A DNA stretch of 64,000 nt from Candidatus Gottesmanbacteria bacterium (GCA_963711735.1 CAVQFA010000003.1:284367-348366), one strand, 5' to 3'; shown: positions 1 to 10,731, counted from the first letter of the stretch. Notes: generated by a model not told the origin, from the letters alone. Numbers and translations are program-made.

Positions 1-1310
1 ATTTGCCTGAGACTGCAGTTACTATATCCAATCGGATTTTGAGACCTAAGCTGGTTGGAGAGAACGGGAAATACACCTGTTCAAAAATCCGGGTTAAGTG
101 CGGTCCGACATCTTTCAGTCTTTTGAAAGCTGATGCATGAATACCTGTAGGGACTAGCCTCGATGCTTCTGCGTAAATCGTTCCGGGAAAAGGATTTGCT
201 CTGGGGTCTATCCCCCGAGCAGTCAGTTCTTCGGTTACAAGATCATATATGCCTAATAATCCGTGCCCGTTTGCTTTCATAATACCCGCGGCGATTGCAT
301 GTAAAATAAACGTTTCAATCGCCATATTGCCTCCGAGATCTCCGACACCTCCGAGAGTTCCGTGAATTCCTGCTATAAAGGGTTCGTTACATGCGTTTAC
401 TGCATTTGCAACAGCGTTTCCTAGCATATTATGGGTATGGATTTCCCAGATACGATCCGGATACATCCTTACGAATGTGTCTTTAATATGATGCAGTAAA
501 TTGGCTGTCCACGATGGCTGGATGCCGCGGCTGCAGGTATCGCAAATACAAATTCCGTCTGCTCCCGAATCAAGTGCGGATCTGAAAAATATATCCAGAT
601 CCTGAGGAAATGAACCATAGGTATCTTCAAAAGGTACGATAACACCGCCTATGTGCGGGTCGTTTTTCAGTTCCGATACGGAATTTGCCACCCAATCCGA
701 TATAGAACGGGTATTCCATTTTTGTTGTCCCTCCGCAAGCATTCTGATTCTTGAGCTTCCCACAAACGCATAAACCCATAACTTTTGCCCATAATTTTTG
801 TAAGCAAATTCAGCAGTTTCGCGTATTGCAATTACATCATCATCTGCGGTTCTTCCGGCTACGGCAGGAATTATCGGTATGTTGTGTCGGGATAAAAAGG
901 ACACCATGTCCAGAATTTTTTGTTGTTCTTTCGGGCCGGATACCGGCATACCAAGATCAGCGATTGTTACTCCGATTTCCGGAAGCCGTTTCAATATGTC
1001 TTTGGCAATATCAAGGCGGGAGCTTAATCTAAATACACCCGGAACACCGATCTGATCGCCGTCACGAAGACCTTCATATTGAATATATACTGGTTGGTTT
1101 CTTGGTTCTTGTGTATGAGGGGAATCAAATTTGTGATGTGGCCAATCATATATGAGAAGATTTAATATATCATTTTCAGTTATAAGTTTCTGTTCAAGCA
1201 TGTGCTCAAGCTTCAATAAATCACCGGAATTTTTCTCCAGGATTAATTCCCCGGCGACCATTCCGGGATCACCGGAAATCTGAAGATCCTGGTGTTCTTT
1301 GATAAGCATT
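1..1310 (-). CDS. HMGL-like pyruvate carboxyltransferase (2-isopropylmalate / citramalate / homocitrate synthase family); N-terminal part only, the gene runs off the window start
   Basis: Reverse-strand translation from the ATG at 1310-1308 reads MLIKEHQDLQISGDPG... and contains YEGLRDGDQ (the LRDGEQ-type metal/substrate motif) and HTHNMLGNAVANAVNA (the HxHNDxGxAxAN motif). The ORF stays open to position 1. The + strand 93-aa ORF at 751-1032 is antisense noise. Confidence 0.6.
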
Positions 1311-1390
1311 TAATTTATACGAAATTTGTAATTACTATAAGCATAATTTATCATACACTAATTCCGTATTCATAAGTATACAATTTTACT

Positions 1391-2173
1391 ATGCGTGAAT
1401 TGATCGAATGGTTTAAAGAAGATCTGCCGCCTGACAGCAATTTTAATGATTTAAAACAAAGGTTGGAGAAGGAAACTTTTGTTTTTGATTCTTATTTGGG
1501 CTTAGCGAGCAGACCTAACGATGTAAACCGGGCAACGGAGATTTTATCTTCCGGGAAAAGGCGGATCATAGGGGCTCATATCGGAGGGAGTGTAGGAGGT
1601 TTTCTGTTCAATCCCTATCATCCGTCAAGCGTTAACGAAATTGTACGGATAAAGAGTGTCGGAGGAACCAAACGTCAGGAATTATTCAGTATGGTTATAA
1701 ATGCCCAAACAGTGAATGAAATTACGGTACCCGGGAATATCGACCGGATCCGGTGGACGGACGCAGCAGGAGCATGTTTTATACAATTTCCCATTCCAGA
1801 AGAAGCAACCCGTCTTATACCCGAACAGTTTTATCACAGGGATGAGGAAAAAGAATTAATTTTTGCCCAGTGTTTTATTGCCGGAGAAGGAAGTATGTTT
1901 GATACGCTTATAACACAAACTACCGGATCATATAAAGTACCGTTTCTCGGGGGAACCTCAGCAAATTATTCGGGTTGGGGATCAATTGAAACCAGATTGG
2001 GTGCTGCCAGATTTTCCCTCGGTAACGCGATATATTTCCTCGACGATGATGTGCCATCTTCTCATACCCTACGTGGTTCCTATACAATAATTCGTATAGT
2101 CGCAAATATACCGGAATTGGTTCGGAACGGAAATATTGGTTATGATACATTAGTATCGCGACTCATATCATAA
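1391..2173 (+). CDS. hypothetical protein (260 aa)
   Basis: Long ORF lying in the AT-rich gap after the divergently transcribed gene. I recognise no family. Confidence 0.35.
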   Translation: MRELIEWFKEDLPPDSNFNDLKQRLEKETFVFDSYLGLASRPNDVNRATEILSSGKRRIIGAHIGGSVGGFLFNPYHPSSVNEIVRIKSVGGTKRQELFSMVINAQTVNEITVPGNIDRIRWTDAAGACFIQFPIPEEATRLIPEQFYHRDEEKELIFAQCFIAGEGSMFDTLITQTTGSYKVPFLGGTSANYSGWGSIETRLGAARFSLGNAIYFLDDDVPSSHTLRGSYTIIRIVANIPELVRNGNIGYDTLVSRLIS

Positions 2174-2185
2174 ATGTAGGTTAAT

Positions 2186-3520
2186 ATGTATTCAACTGAC
2201 CCAAAACTTCAACAGACGCTCAAATCCCTCTGGAAGCTTGAAAAAATCATACTTGATACCCTTGAATTTAATCAGGTAGTTGAGAAGATCGTGAACAGCA
2301 TGCTCGTAGAACTTGGATATCTGAATCTGGGGTACAGGATTATTGTTTTGATTCTTCACGACCCAAAAGAAAATTCACTGAAACGCGTTTCTTTGTCCCA
2401 GACAGAAGAGGCAACGAAGTTATTATCTACAACGACTATTCCGTTTCCGAAAATGGATATTCCGCTTACAGCGGAAAATAATTTATGCGTAAAAGCATTT
2501 AAGGAGCAGACAATGCTTCATACCATATATTGGCCGGATATTCTGACACCTCCCTTTGACAAGGTAAACGCCGAAAATTACCAAAAACTGGCGGGAATAC
2601 ATACAAGCATGGTTTTTCCGGTTGTTGTAAAAAATACTTCACTTGGGGTTCTGATATTCAGTATGGTCAAACCATTCGATCAGGTTTCATCAGAGGAAAT
2701 GGACTTAATAAAAGGATTTACTGATGTTGTCGGGATCGCTGTCCAAAACGCCAAGCTTTACAGTGAAGTTGAAAAGACAACAGAAGGGCTCAATAAAGCC
2801 AATAAAGAGCTTCATGAACTTGATAAACTGAAAGATGAGTTCGTGTCGCTTGCGTCCCACGAACTGAGGACTCCGATGACGGCAATCAGGGGATCACTCT
2901 CAACGATACTTGAAGGGTATGCCGGAGACGTGTCCGCGAGTGTCCGGGAATTTCTCACTGCCGCCTATAACGAAAACGAACGACTGCTTAGGCTCGTAAA
3001 CAACCTCCTCAACATTTCCCGGATCGAATCCGGTAGGTTTACATTCACCATCGTGAACGTCAATTTGGATAAAGTAATTGAAGAGATCGTCGCAAACCTC
3101 GAAGGTGCCGCAAAGGAAAAAGGTTTGACCCTTACATTTGAACATGAGGGGCTTACCCCTCTGGTAGCAGCTGATGAGGATAAGGTAAAAGAAGTTGTCA
3201 TAAACCTCGTCGGTAACGCTGTAAAATTTACGCATAAAGGGGGAGTAACGGTAAAAACACATACAGAAAACAATATGGTTGTGACATCAATAACTGACAC
3301 CGGATCAGGAATTGCCAAAGAAGATCAGGAGCTCCTGTTTAAGAAATTTTCACAGGTACGCGGAAGCTATGCCAAACAAACCGGAGGTACGGGTCTCGGG
3401 CTCTATATATGTAAAATTATAGTGGAAGGGCTTGGAGGAAAAATCTGGCTTGAATCGACTATCGGTGTCGGGAGCGTATTCTATTTTTCCTTGCCACTTG
3501 CTTCCAAGGATACGATATAA
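2186..3520 (+). CDS. sensor histidine kinase with N-terminal GAF-like domain (cytoplasmic, no TM)
   Basis: H-box SHELRTPMTAIRG and ATP-lid G-box GTGLGLYICK are present, giving a HisKA + HATPase_c architecture after a ~200 aa sensory domain. Confidence 0.85.
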   Translation: MYSTDPKLQQTLKSLWKLEKIILDTLEFNQVVEKIVNSMLVELGYLNLGYRIIVLILHDPKENSLKRVSLSQTEEATKLLSTTTIPFPKMDIPLTAENNLCVKAFKEQTMLHTIYWPDILTPPFDKVNAENYQKLAGIHTSMVFPVVVKNTSLGVLIFSMVKPFDQVSSEEMDLIKGFTDVVGIAVQNAKLYSEVEKTTEGLNKANKELHELDKLKDEFVSLASHELRTPMTAIRGSLSTILEGYAGDVSASVREFLTAAYNENERLLRLVNNLLNISRIESGRFTFTIVNVNLDKVIEEIVANLEGAAKEKGLTLTFEHEGLTPLVAADEDKVKEVVINLVGNAVKFTHKGGVTVKTHTENNMVVTSITDTGSGIAKEDQELLFKKFSQVRGSYAKQTGGTGLGLYICKIIVEGLGGKIWLESTIGVGSVFYFSLPLASKDTI

Positions 3521-3526
3521 TGAAAT

Positions 3527-3914
3527 TATGGCGAAGATTTTATTCATAGAAGATGATCCTTTGATAGTTAAGATTTACTCGACAAGGCTCAAGGCAGACG
3601 GACACGATGTGACATCAGCAGAAAACGGGGAAGAGGGTTTAAAAAAAGTGTATGAAGTGAAACCTGATATCATCGTTTTGGATGTTATGATGCCACGTAT
3701 CGACGGTTTCGGAGTATTGGAAAAGCTCCGTGCAGATCCGCTATTCAGCTCAACACCAATTCTCATGTATTCGAACCTTAATAACGAAGATGAAATTACA
3801 CGGGCAAAAGAGATGAAAGCAACAGAGTTTATTGTAAAAGCGAATCTTTCTCCCACGCAGATGGTTGATAAGATTAAACAATACGTACCGCACGACGCCC
3901 CGTCTCCTTCCTAA
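3527..3914 (+). CDS. single-domain response regulator (CheY-like receiver)
   Basis: MAKILFIEDDPLIVKIY...IIVLDVMMP carries the receiver-domain acidic pocket and phospho-Asp context. The ATG at 3527 lies right after the kinase stop, so the longer 3432 ORF is a frame artefact. Confidence 0.8.
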
Positions 3915-4014
3915 TAGACAAAACGGTTTAATCGCGGAGAAAAGATGCTACTTTCAAAAGAGAGTATGGTATACAATAAAATAAACCGGTTTTTGACGAC
4001 CCGGTACGTTTGAT

Positions 4015-5691
4015 ATGATTCAAGCTGCCCAACTGCGTGAAATTATTTTAAAATCAGGATTTGTATCTCCGGAAGATTTCGATAATGCAAAGAAAAGTTC
4101 AGATGAACTGGGTAAAGATCTTTCCGGAATCCTTATCTCCCGGGGGCTTGTCAGCGAAGATGTGCTTGGACAGATTATCGGTGAATTTTACGGAGTACCT
4201 TTTGTTAAACTTGCTCATAAAGTTGTGCCTCTTGATATCCTCACACTAATTCCTGAGGAAGCATCAACAACCTTTCATGTGATTCCTTTTGCCCGGGAAG
4301 GAAACGAAATCCAACTTGCCATGCAGGATCCCGGAGATTTGGAAGCTCGGGAATTTGTGAAGAGAAAAACCGGAATGAAAGTGAAAATATTTTATGCTAA
4401 CCCTCCGGATCTGGGAGCTGCCATCGGACAATACAAAAAAAATATCAAGGAAGTATTTACAAAGATTATAGAAGAAAACATCCAGAAAAGCTCTTTCCAA
4501 TCGAAAGACATTACCAAGCTTGGGACAGACCTGCCTGTTATAAAAATCCTTGATACGATACTCGAGTATGCATCAGCAGAAAGTGCAAGCGATGTACATC
4601 TGGAGGCTGCAGAATCGGAATTCCTTGTCCGTTTCCGTATTGACGGCGTGCTTCATGACATACTCACGCTGCCAAAAACCATCCACCCCGCAATTGTTGC
4701 ACGCATAAAAATTCTGTCACAGCTTAAAATCGACGAGCACCGGATACCGCAGGATGGCCGGTTTAAATTTAAAATCAATGAAGCGTATATTGCACTCCGT
4801 GTTTCCATACTGCCGGCATTTTACGGTGAGAATATCGTCCTTCGTATATTGTCGGAATCAGCGCGTCCGCTGGCGCTAGAAGAATTGGGTTTGACGGGTC
4901 ATAATCTGGAGCTTGTGAAACGCAATATTAAAAAACCGCACGGGATGATACTCGTAACAGGTCCTACAGGTTCAGGGAAAACCACAACCCTTTACAGCAT
5001 TCTGAACATCCTCATATCAACGGAAGTGAAAATATGTACTGTCGAAGATCCTGTAGAATACGGTATATCCCGCGTGAACCAGACACAGATACAACCGCAG
5101 GCAGGGCTTACGTTTGCCGCAGGACTTCGGTCGCTCCTCCGGCATGATCCGGACATTATCATGGTCGGCGAAATACGCGACAAAGAGACTGTAGAAATGG
5201 CAATTCATTCTGCTCTGACAGGCCATTTGGTTTTATCGACACTCCACACCAATGACGCAGCCGGTACCGTTCCTCGGCTTTTGGATATGGGTGCTGAAGG
5301 ATTTCTTGTTGCATCAACACTCAACCTCGTGGTTGCCCAGAGACTGGTCCGAAAAATCTGTACATCATGCATAGAGCCGTATATAGCTCCTGATGAGACC
5401 ATACAATACCTTTCGAAATTCGGAGAGCTTGGTGATGTCTCCAATAAATTTTATCACGGGAAGGGTTGTCCGGAGTGTAAAGGCAAAGGGTATAAAGGAC
5501 GTATCGGAATTTTTGAAATACTCGAAGCCAATGAGGAAATCCGTCAGATGATTGCCAAGCGCGTTTCTGCTGATGAGCTAGCGAAAGCCGGTATTGCAAG
5601 CGGCATGATCCCATTAATACGGGACGGGATAAATAAGGCAAGCGGAGGAATTACCACAATCGAAGAAGTTCTCCGTGTGGTGAGGGAGTAA
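4015..5691 (+). CDS. pilB: type IV pilus assembly ATPase PilB / GspE family
   Basis: Has an N-terminal GSPII_E_N-like domain, Walker A GPTGSGKTTT, and the C-terminal tetracysteine CTSC...CPECKGKG. Confidence 0.9.
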   Translation: MIQAAQLREIILKSGFVSPEDFDNAKKSSDELGKDLSGILISRGLVSEDVLGQIIGEFYGVPFVKLAHKVVPLDILTLIPEEASTTFHVIPFAREGNEIQLAMQDPGDLEAREFVKRKTGMKVKIFYANPPDLGAAIGQYKKNIKEVFTKIIEENIQKSSFQSKDITKLGTDLPVIKILDTILEYASAESASDVHLEAAESEFLVRFRIDGVLHDILTLPKTIHPAIVARIKILSQLKIDEHRIPQDGRFKFKINEAYIALRVSILPAFYGENIVLRILSESARPLALEELGLTGHNLELVKRNIKKPHGMILVTGPTGSGKTTTLYSILNILISTEVKICTVEDPVEYGISRVNQTQIQPQAGLTFAAGLRSLLRHDPDIIMVGEIRDKETVEMAIHSALTGHLVLSTLHTNDAAGTVPRLLDMGAEGFLVASTLNLVVAQRLVRKICTSCIEPYIAPDETIQYLSKFGELGDVSNKFYHGKGCPECKGKGYKGRIGIFEILEANEEIRQMIAKRVSADELAKAGIASGMIPLIRDGINKASGGITTIEEVLRVVRE

Positions 5692-5695
5692 TAAA

Positions 5696-6925
5696 ATGGC
5701 GAATTTTACGTATAAAGCCATCGACGCAAATAAAAAAGTCATTCAGGGAAAACAAACCGCTAAAACCAGGGAAGAAGTGGCGCAGGCTCTTGCAAAACGG
5801 AATTTAATGCCGCTCGTCATAAAATCAGATGTTGATCAGCTTGTGATACGCGGTTCCATCCCTACTATTGAAAAAATAACATTCTGCAGATACCTATCCA
5901 TCATGCTTACGACCGGACTTTCTCTTTCTGAAGGGATAGAGGTCCTACGGAACGAGACAAAAAATCCTCTCATGGCAAAAATTCTCGGAGATATGAATTA
6001 TTCCATGGAACAGGGCCAGCAATTATCGACTATTTTTGAGAGGTATCCCGGAATTTTTGAACCTTTTTTCCTGACACTTGCACGGGCAGGAGAAGTCAGC
6101 GGAAAACTGTCGGACGTATTTAAGTATCTGGAAACCGAGCTCCGGGCAGAATATAGCCTGAATGCAAAAGTAAAAGGTGCGCTTTTGTATCCTGCGGTCG
6201 TTTTCGTTGCCATGATTGTCATCGGAACGATGATGTTTTTTTTCGTTTTGCCGCAGATAGGGAGGGTATTTCTCAGCCTCCGGTTGCCTCTGCCGTTTCT
6301 CACAAAAACTCTTTTTACCGTCTCCATTGCACTTTCTGCGCAATTTATACCGATTGTGATCTCTATGATGGTGCTAGGCGGACTTTTTGTTCTGTCATTG
6401 AAAAACCGTACGGTACGCGATTTTCTCTTTACCATAGTCCGGCCGATTCCGATAATCCATAAACTGCTTGTCAAAATAGATATAGCCAGATTTTCCCGCA
6501 TATTCTCCACACTCCTTCGCAGTGCCGTACCGATAACTGAAGCATTGGAAATATCGTTTAATACCCTCACGCTTCCTGAATATAGGGATATGGCTGCAAC
6601 CATTCCGGATGAGGTAAAAAAAGGGAAAACACTTTCTTCGATCGTTAAGAGCGATCCGAAATTTCCTTCACTTCTCGTACAGATGGTAGCGGCAGGAGAA
6701 AAAACAGGAACACTGGATGCGACACTTGCTGATCTTGCATCCTTTTATGAAGAAGAAGTAGAGGAGGAAGTAAAGGGATTAACGCAGATTATCGAACCGG
6801 TTCTCATGCTTTGCGTAGGTGTTGCGGTCGGCGCAATGATTCTTTCCATTATTGCGCCAATTTACAGTGTCGTCGGAAATTTCCAGTCTGCAGCCGGTGC
6901 TCCTGGCGGGATGGCGCCGAAATAA
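5696..6925 (+). CDS. pilC: type IV pilus platform protein PilC / GspF family
   Basis: 409-aa polytopic protein with duplicated T2SSF-like halves, located immediately after pilB. Confidence 0.85.
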   Translation: MANFTYKAIDANKKVIQGKQTAKTREEVAQALAKRNLMPLVIKSDVDQLVIRGSIPTIEKITFCRYLSIMLTTGLSLSEGIEVLRNETKNPLMAKILGDMNYSMEQGQQLSTIFERYPGIFEPFFLTLARAGEVSGKLSDVFKYLETELRAEYSLNAKVKGALLYPAVVFVAMIVIGTMMFFFVLPQIGRVFLSLRLPLPFLTKTLFTVSIALSAQFIPIVISMMVLGGLFVLSLKNRTVRDFLFTIVRPIPIIHKLLVKIDIARFSRIFSTLLRSAVPITEALEISFNTLTLPEYRDMAATIPDEVKKGKTLSSIVKSDPKFPSLLVQMVAAGEKTGTLDATLADLASFYEEEVEEEVKGLTQIIEPVLMLCVGVAVGAMILSIIAPIYSVVGNFQSAAGAPGGMAPK

Positions 6926-7052
6926 TCTTGTAGTGCGGAATAATAAACGCGCAACCCGTACGTACTCATATTACTTTTTCTCTAGTACGAATATATAATG
7001 TGGTATACAATATCTTCATGTAACGCCGGTTTATTCCGGTGATTTTCATGTA

Positions 7053-8489
7053 TTGATATATATGACCAGTCTGCCCGACTTACTGCTGCCGAAGATCAAA
7101 CACTTCGGTTTATCCATTGAACGATGGTCACTTCATGCTGTTGAAACGGATAGAAACGGAAATCCTATTCATGCATCAGAAGTAAAAATCCCAACTGATA
7201 CTTTTGCAGAAGGAATTCTCGTAAAAAAAGACATATTTGCAGAAGCAGTTCGCGAACTTATTAAGGCAGGCAAATTTACGACACCATACGTCGCTGTTAC
7301 ATTTCCGGAAGTTTTTGCGTATACGCGCGGATATACGGTCCCGATACTTCCGACGGAAGAGATACATGAGGCTATCAGTTGGCATACGAAAGATCTTTTT
7401 CCATTTTCTCCTGAGGATATTTACTTCGATTGGAAAATTCTTGTGAAAACTGATACGGAATATCAGGTATCGGTCGTTGCGGTTCAACGGAAAGTCCTCG
7501 ATACACTCGTTGACACACTTGTAAAAATCGGACTTAAACCTCTCCGGTTTGAACCTGACGCATCAGCTCTGACGCGTCTCCTTGCCATTGGGCCTCAAAC
7601 ATACGCGGTGCTTATAGAAATCAATGAACCAGGTGCTTATGTGACGATAGTGGAAGGGGAGAAAGCTATATTTACTACAGTAATTACGTATGCTGCGGGA
7701 GATACACCGGAGGTGTATCTTGGCAACATCGATCAGACTCTTACGGAAATAGCAACGTATTACAAAAAAAAGGACATTTTAACTTCGGACAAAACACGCG
7801 TATTTGTCACGGGACAAATGGCATCACCTCAATGGGTAGACCACCTCAAACAACTTTTAGGATATCCGGTAGACGTACTTACCACGTCGATGCAATACAG
7901 TGCATATAACAAATCATTTGCTGCAGCGCGGCAAATTATCCAGCCTCCTACGGATCCCATGTCAATCAACCTCCTTCCGCTACTGACTCAACAGCACTAT
8001 GAAGCGCAAAGAACGGATATATTTTATAAAACCCTATTTGTCCGCCTGTGTATTTTTATGCTCTGTATGCTTACCGTTTCGGGTAGTGCGTATTGGCTCG
8101 TAACAGCAGAACGATATAGGCTGGATTCCCGGGTAAAAACACTGCGTTTGTTCAGTGAGTCACAGGTGGGGAGTATGAAAGACATACTGCTTCTCAATAC
8201 CCAGTCCCGGAATATTGTGGGGCTTGCTCCTTTGCGAAAAACACCAAAATACGCATTAAACGCACTGTCGGAGATTATTCCAAAAGGAATTTTTGTGACG
8301 CAATGGGAATATGATGACCCAAAACTGACATTTAAAGTTACGGGTATCGCTGACACCCGTGAAGACCTTGTGACATTCAAAAAGGCGCTCGATGCATCTG
8401 AATATTTTACAAATGTAACTTTACCGCTTGGATCACTTGAAACTGCACAGCAGGCACCGTTTGTCATGACATTTTTAGTAAAAAAATGA
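7053..8489 (+). CDS. pilM: PilM-PilN fusion (actin-like PilM domain + TM + PilN-like periplasmic domain)
   Basis: The first ~320 aa form a PilM/FtsA-like ATPase fold. They are followed by a single TM helix (IFYKTLFVRLCIFMLCMLTVSGSAYWLV) and a ~130 aa PilN-like tail. Context is between pilC and a pilO-like gene. Confidence 0.6.
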   Translation: MIYMTSLPDLLLPKIKHFGLSIERWSLHAVETDRNGNPIHASEVKIPTDTFAEGILVKKDIFAEAVRELIKAGKFTTPYVAVTFPEVFAYTRGYTVPILPTEEIHEAISWHTKDLFPFSPEDIYFDWKILVKTDTEYQVSVVAVQRKVLDTLVDTLVKIGLKPLRFEPDASALTRLLAIGPQTYAVLIEINEPGAYVTIVEGEKAIFTTVITYAAGDTPEVYLGNIDQTLTEIATYYKKKDILTSDKTRVFVTGQMASPQWVDHLKQLLGYPVDVLTTSMQYSAYNKSFAAARQIIQPPTDPMSINLLPLLTQQHYEAQRTDIFYKTLFVRLCIFMLCMLTVSGSAYWLVTAERYRLDSRVKTLRLFSESQVGSMKDILLLNTQSRNIVGLAPLRKTPKYALNALSEIIPKGIFVTQWEYDDPKLTFKVTGIADTREDLVTFKKALDASEYFTNVTLPLGSLETAQQAPFVMTFLVKK

Positions 8490-8493
8490 TTGT

Positions 8494-9048
8494 ATGGAAA
8501 CAAAAGCACCAACATCACTTAAAAGGGTTAACATGCTTCTGCCTCTCATCATTCTTCTTGGGACGCTGGTTATAGTGGATTTTGTTTTCCTTTTTCTGTT
8601 TCGAAGTCAGATAACGACAGTTAAACTGCTTAAAACGGAAGCACAACAGCTCGATACTGACCGCAGGATCATAACGGCATCCGCAGACATAGAATCAGAA
8701 TATAAAAAAGAAATAAATGCCATATCCGGGGTATTCCCTACAGAAGAGACAATTCCTCTTTTCATCCAGTCGCTGGAGTCGGCAATCCGGACATTTACCG
8801 AGGATTATACGTTTAAGTTTGCTTCACTTCATCCCGTGGCAGAACAGGATAAGCTATTTCTTCTGGTTACGGTATCCATGAGGTGCGAGTTTGTATACCT
8901 CATATCATTTCTGGAAAAATTAGAAGTAATGCCATATATGACACATGTTGTCAATATTCAGGCAAAAACACCGGAAAATATAACCGGAAAAAGCGATATC
9001 AGTGTGGCGCTTAAAGTTTATGTTCAAAACCCATTCACAACAAAATAG
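8494..9048 (+). CDS. PilO-like bitopic pilus alignment protein
   Basis: N-terminal TM (LLPLIILLGTLVIVDFVFLFLF) then a coiled-coil/periplasmic domain. Position in the pilus operon supports the call. Confidence 0.45.
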   Translation: METKAPTSLKRVNMLLPLIILLGTLVIVDFVFLFLFRSQITTVKLLKTEAQQLDTDRRIITASADIESEYKKEINAISGVFPTEETIPLFIQSLESAIRTFTEDYTFKFASLHPVAEQDKLFLLVTVSMRCEFVYLISFLEKLEVMPYMTHVVNIQAKTPENITGKSDISVALKVYVQNPFTTK

Positions 9049-9052
9049 TGCA

Positions 9053-9223
9053 ATGATAACGGCGATAGGTCTTGCTTTATCTATCGTTATTCTCATTGGT
9101 ATTCATTTAGCTATCTTACTTCCTGGTGTAACGGAAATTTATATACGCGGAAAGGAGTCCGTCAGTAAGGATCCTATTGACAGAGTTACGGTTAATGAAG
9201 CGATTAAGCTGCTTGAGGACTGA
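9053..9223 (+). CDS. small single-TM protein (56 aa), possible pilus accessory
   Basis: The ATG at 9053 is 5 nt after the pilO-like stop. A hydrophobic helix ITAIGLALSIVILIGIHLAILL is present. Confidence 0.25.
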   Translation: MITAIGLALSIVILIGIHLAILLPGVTEIYIRGKESVSKDPIDRVTVNEAIKLLED

Positions 9224-9331
9224 CACTGTCAATGTATGAATTGACAACGCTTGGGAGCATTTGTTACGCTGGTAATGTCCGTAATGTTTGGACCTAAGAA
9301 GTAATGATTAAAGTGAAAGGGGGTGAACAGA

Positions 9332-9766
9332 ATGAATATAATTTCAAAACTAAAAAACAGAAAAGGATTTACGCTTATCGAATTGCTGGTAGTTATCGGT
9401 ATTATCGGAATCCTCGCAGCAGTTGTACTCGTTGCAGTTAATCCGGCGAGACAATTTGCCTCTGCACGCGATACGCAGCGGAGAGCTGATCTATACGGCA
9501 TAACGAATGCCATATATCAGTATGCGACGGAAAATAATGGCAATTTGCCCGTTATTATAACCGAAACACCAGGTCATATTGGTACCGGCGGTATCGATTT
9601 GGCGACAATAATAGTCCCGACGTATATTGCGGCAATGCCGAAAGATCCGTCAACCGGGACAGAAGCAGATACGCAGTACACAATCTACCGGGATATTAAC
9701 GGAAGAGTAGTTGCGAGTGCGTCAAGTGAATTAAATCCGGGCGCCAGCATCACCGTTATCAGGTAA
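9332..9766 (+). CDS. type IV pilin (prepilin with class III signal peptide)
   Basis: KNRKGFTLIELLVVIGIIGILAAV carries the canonical G/FTLIE prepilin-peptidase site. The RBS AAAGGGGG sits 8 nt upstream of the ATG at 9332. Confidence 0.85.
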   Translation: MNIISKLKNRKGFTLIELLVVIGIIGILAAVVLVAVNPARQFASARDTQRRADLYGITNAIYQYATENNGNLPVIITETPGHIGTGGIDLATIIVPTYIAAMPKDPSTGTEADTQYTIYRDINGRVVASASSELNPGASITVIR

Positions 9767-9818
9767 ACTTTGTACGCGATTTGATTACGCGTAATTGAAT
9801 ACGTAAGTATTTACACAA

Positions 9819-9850
9819 CCTTCCCTGCCAAGGGAAGGTTTGCGTTTTTT
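9819..9850 (+). terminator. rho-independent terminator closing the pilus operon
   Basis: Stem CCTTCCC/GGGAAGG with loop TGCCA, followed by TTTGCGTTTTTT. Confidence 0.6.
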
Positions 9851-9911
9851 CCGTCAGTCAAACTCCTCTGCCATTGCAAAGAACACCCCGATTCTCTACA
9901 GTAAAAGTAGC

Positions 9912-10664
9912 ATGATGAAACAGCGCGATGATAATAAAATTATTCTTGTCACAGGTGCAGTGTTGGTCATTCTTGTGATTCTTGTTGTAGTTATAGTATC
10001 GCGAATCGGTAACAGATACGGATCGAATATCGCATCTGTTTCCAATCAGCCGCCCCCTGCGCAAAGCTCCCATACGGAGAAAGAAACGATTACGAGACTG
10101 CGCATTCAAAGGCCGGGAGAAAAAGGGTGTATGGAAGTCTCACCGGACGGTTCGGTACGCCAATATGCCGTATGTCAGGAAGAACTTGTGAGCGCCAGGC
10201 GTTTAAATGATGCCAAATACATCATACGTCTTATGAAACTTGTTTCTGAGGCAAAATACGCCGAGTATGACGGGACATCATACTGCAGTACGTATTTAAT
10301 TCACGTTGAAACAGAAAGCGGAACGAGGACATTTTGTGTGGACAGTGTAAACGGTGGGTCCGGCGGAGGAGGTACCGGGCCGGGACCGGGTGCTGATATC
10401 ATCAGAACAATTGAAGACATCATTGAGGAAATACCTCAGAATACTCCGACCCCAGGTCCGGGAGTCAGCACGTATCCAACGCCGACAATTTTTGGACAAC
10501 CGACAGATACTCCTACACCAACCGGTGAGGTATATATTACCCCGACTCCGGTACCAACCGGAACAAACAAAGGATTCACGTGTGATTTTGATGAAAATGG
10601 TGCCAGGAAGCCCTTTGCTGTTTCCGGTGTGGTTTGTAGTACGGATCCGATACCGATACCTTGA
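9912..10664 (+). CDS. membrane-anchored Pro/Thr/Gly-rich secreted protein, hypothetical
   Basis: Start placed at MMKQRD because the longer ORF overlaps the terminator. Has a TM anchor, a Cys-containing domain, GGSGGGGTGPGPG and a PT-rich tail. Confidence 0.4.
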   Translation: MMKQRDDNKIILVTGAVLVILVILVVVIVSRIGNRYGSNIASVSNQPPPAQSSHTEKETITRLRIQRPGEKGCMEVSPDGSVRQYAVCQEELVSARRLNDAKYIIRLMKLVSEAKYAEYDGTSYCSTYLIHVETESGTRTFCVDSVNGGSGGGGTGPGPGADIIRTIEDIIEEIPQNTPTPGPGVSTYPTPTIFGQPTDTPTPTGEVYITPTPVPTGTNKGFTCDFDENGARKPFAVSGVVCSTDPIPIP

Positions 10665-10731
10665 AGATTAATACATTAAGTAAATATATACCCTCACTAT
10701 TCAGAGACAGCATTTCAATGAAGCAGTATTA

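Noticed and set aside
9840-9911. Upstream extension of the P/T-rich protein ORF (MRFFRQSNSS...)
   Set aside because: It overlaps the pilus-operon terminator hairpin and T-tract. The internal ATG at 9912 is the more plausible start.
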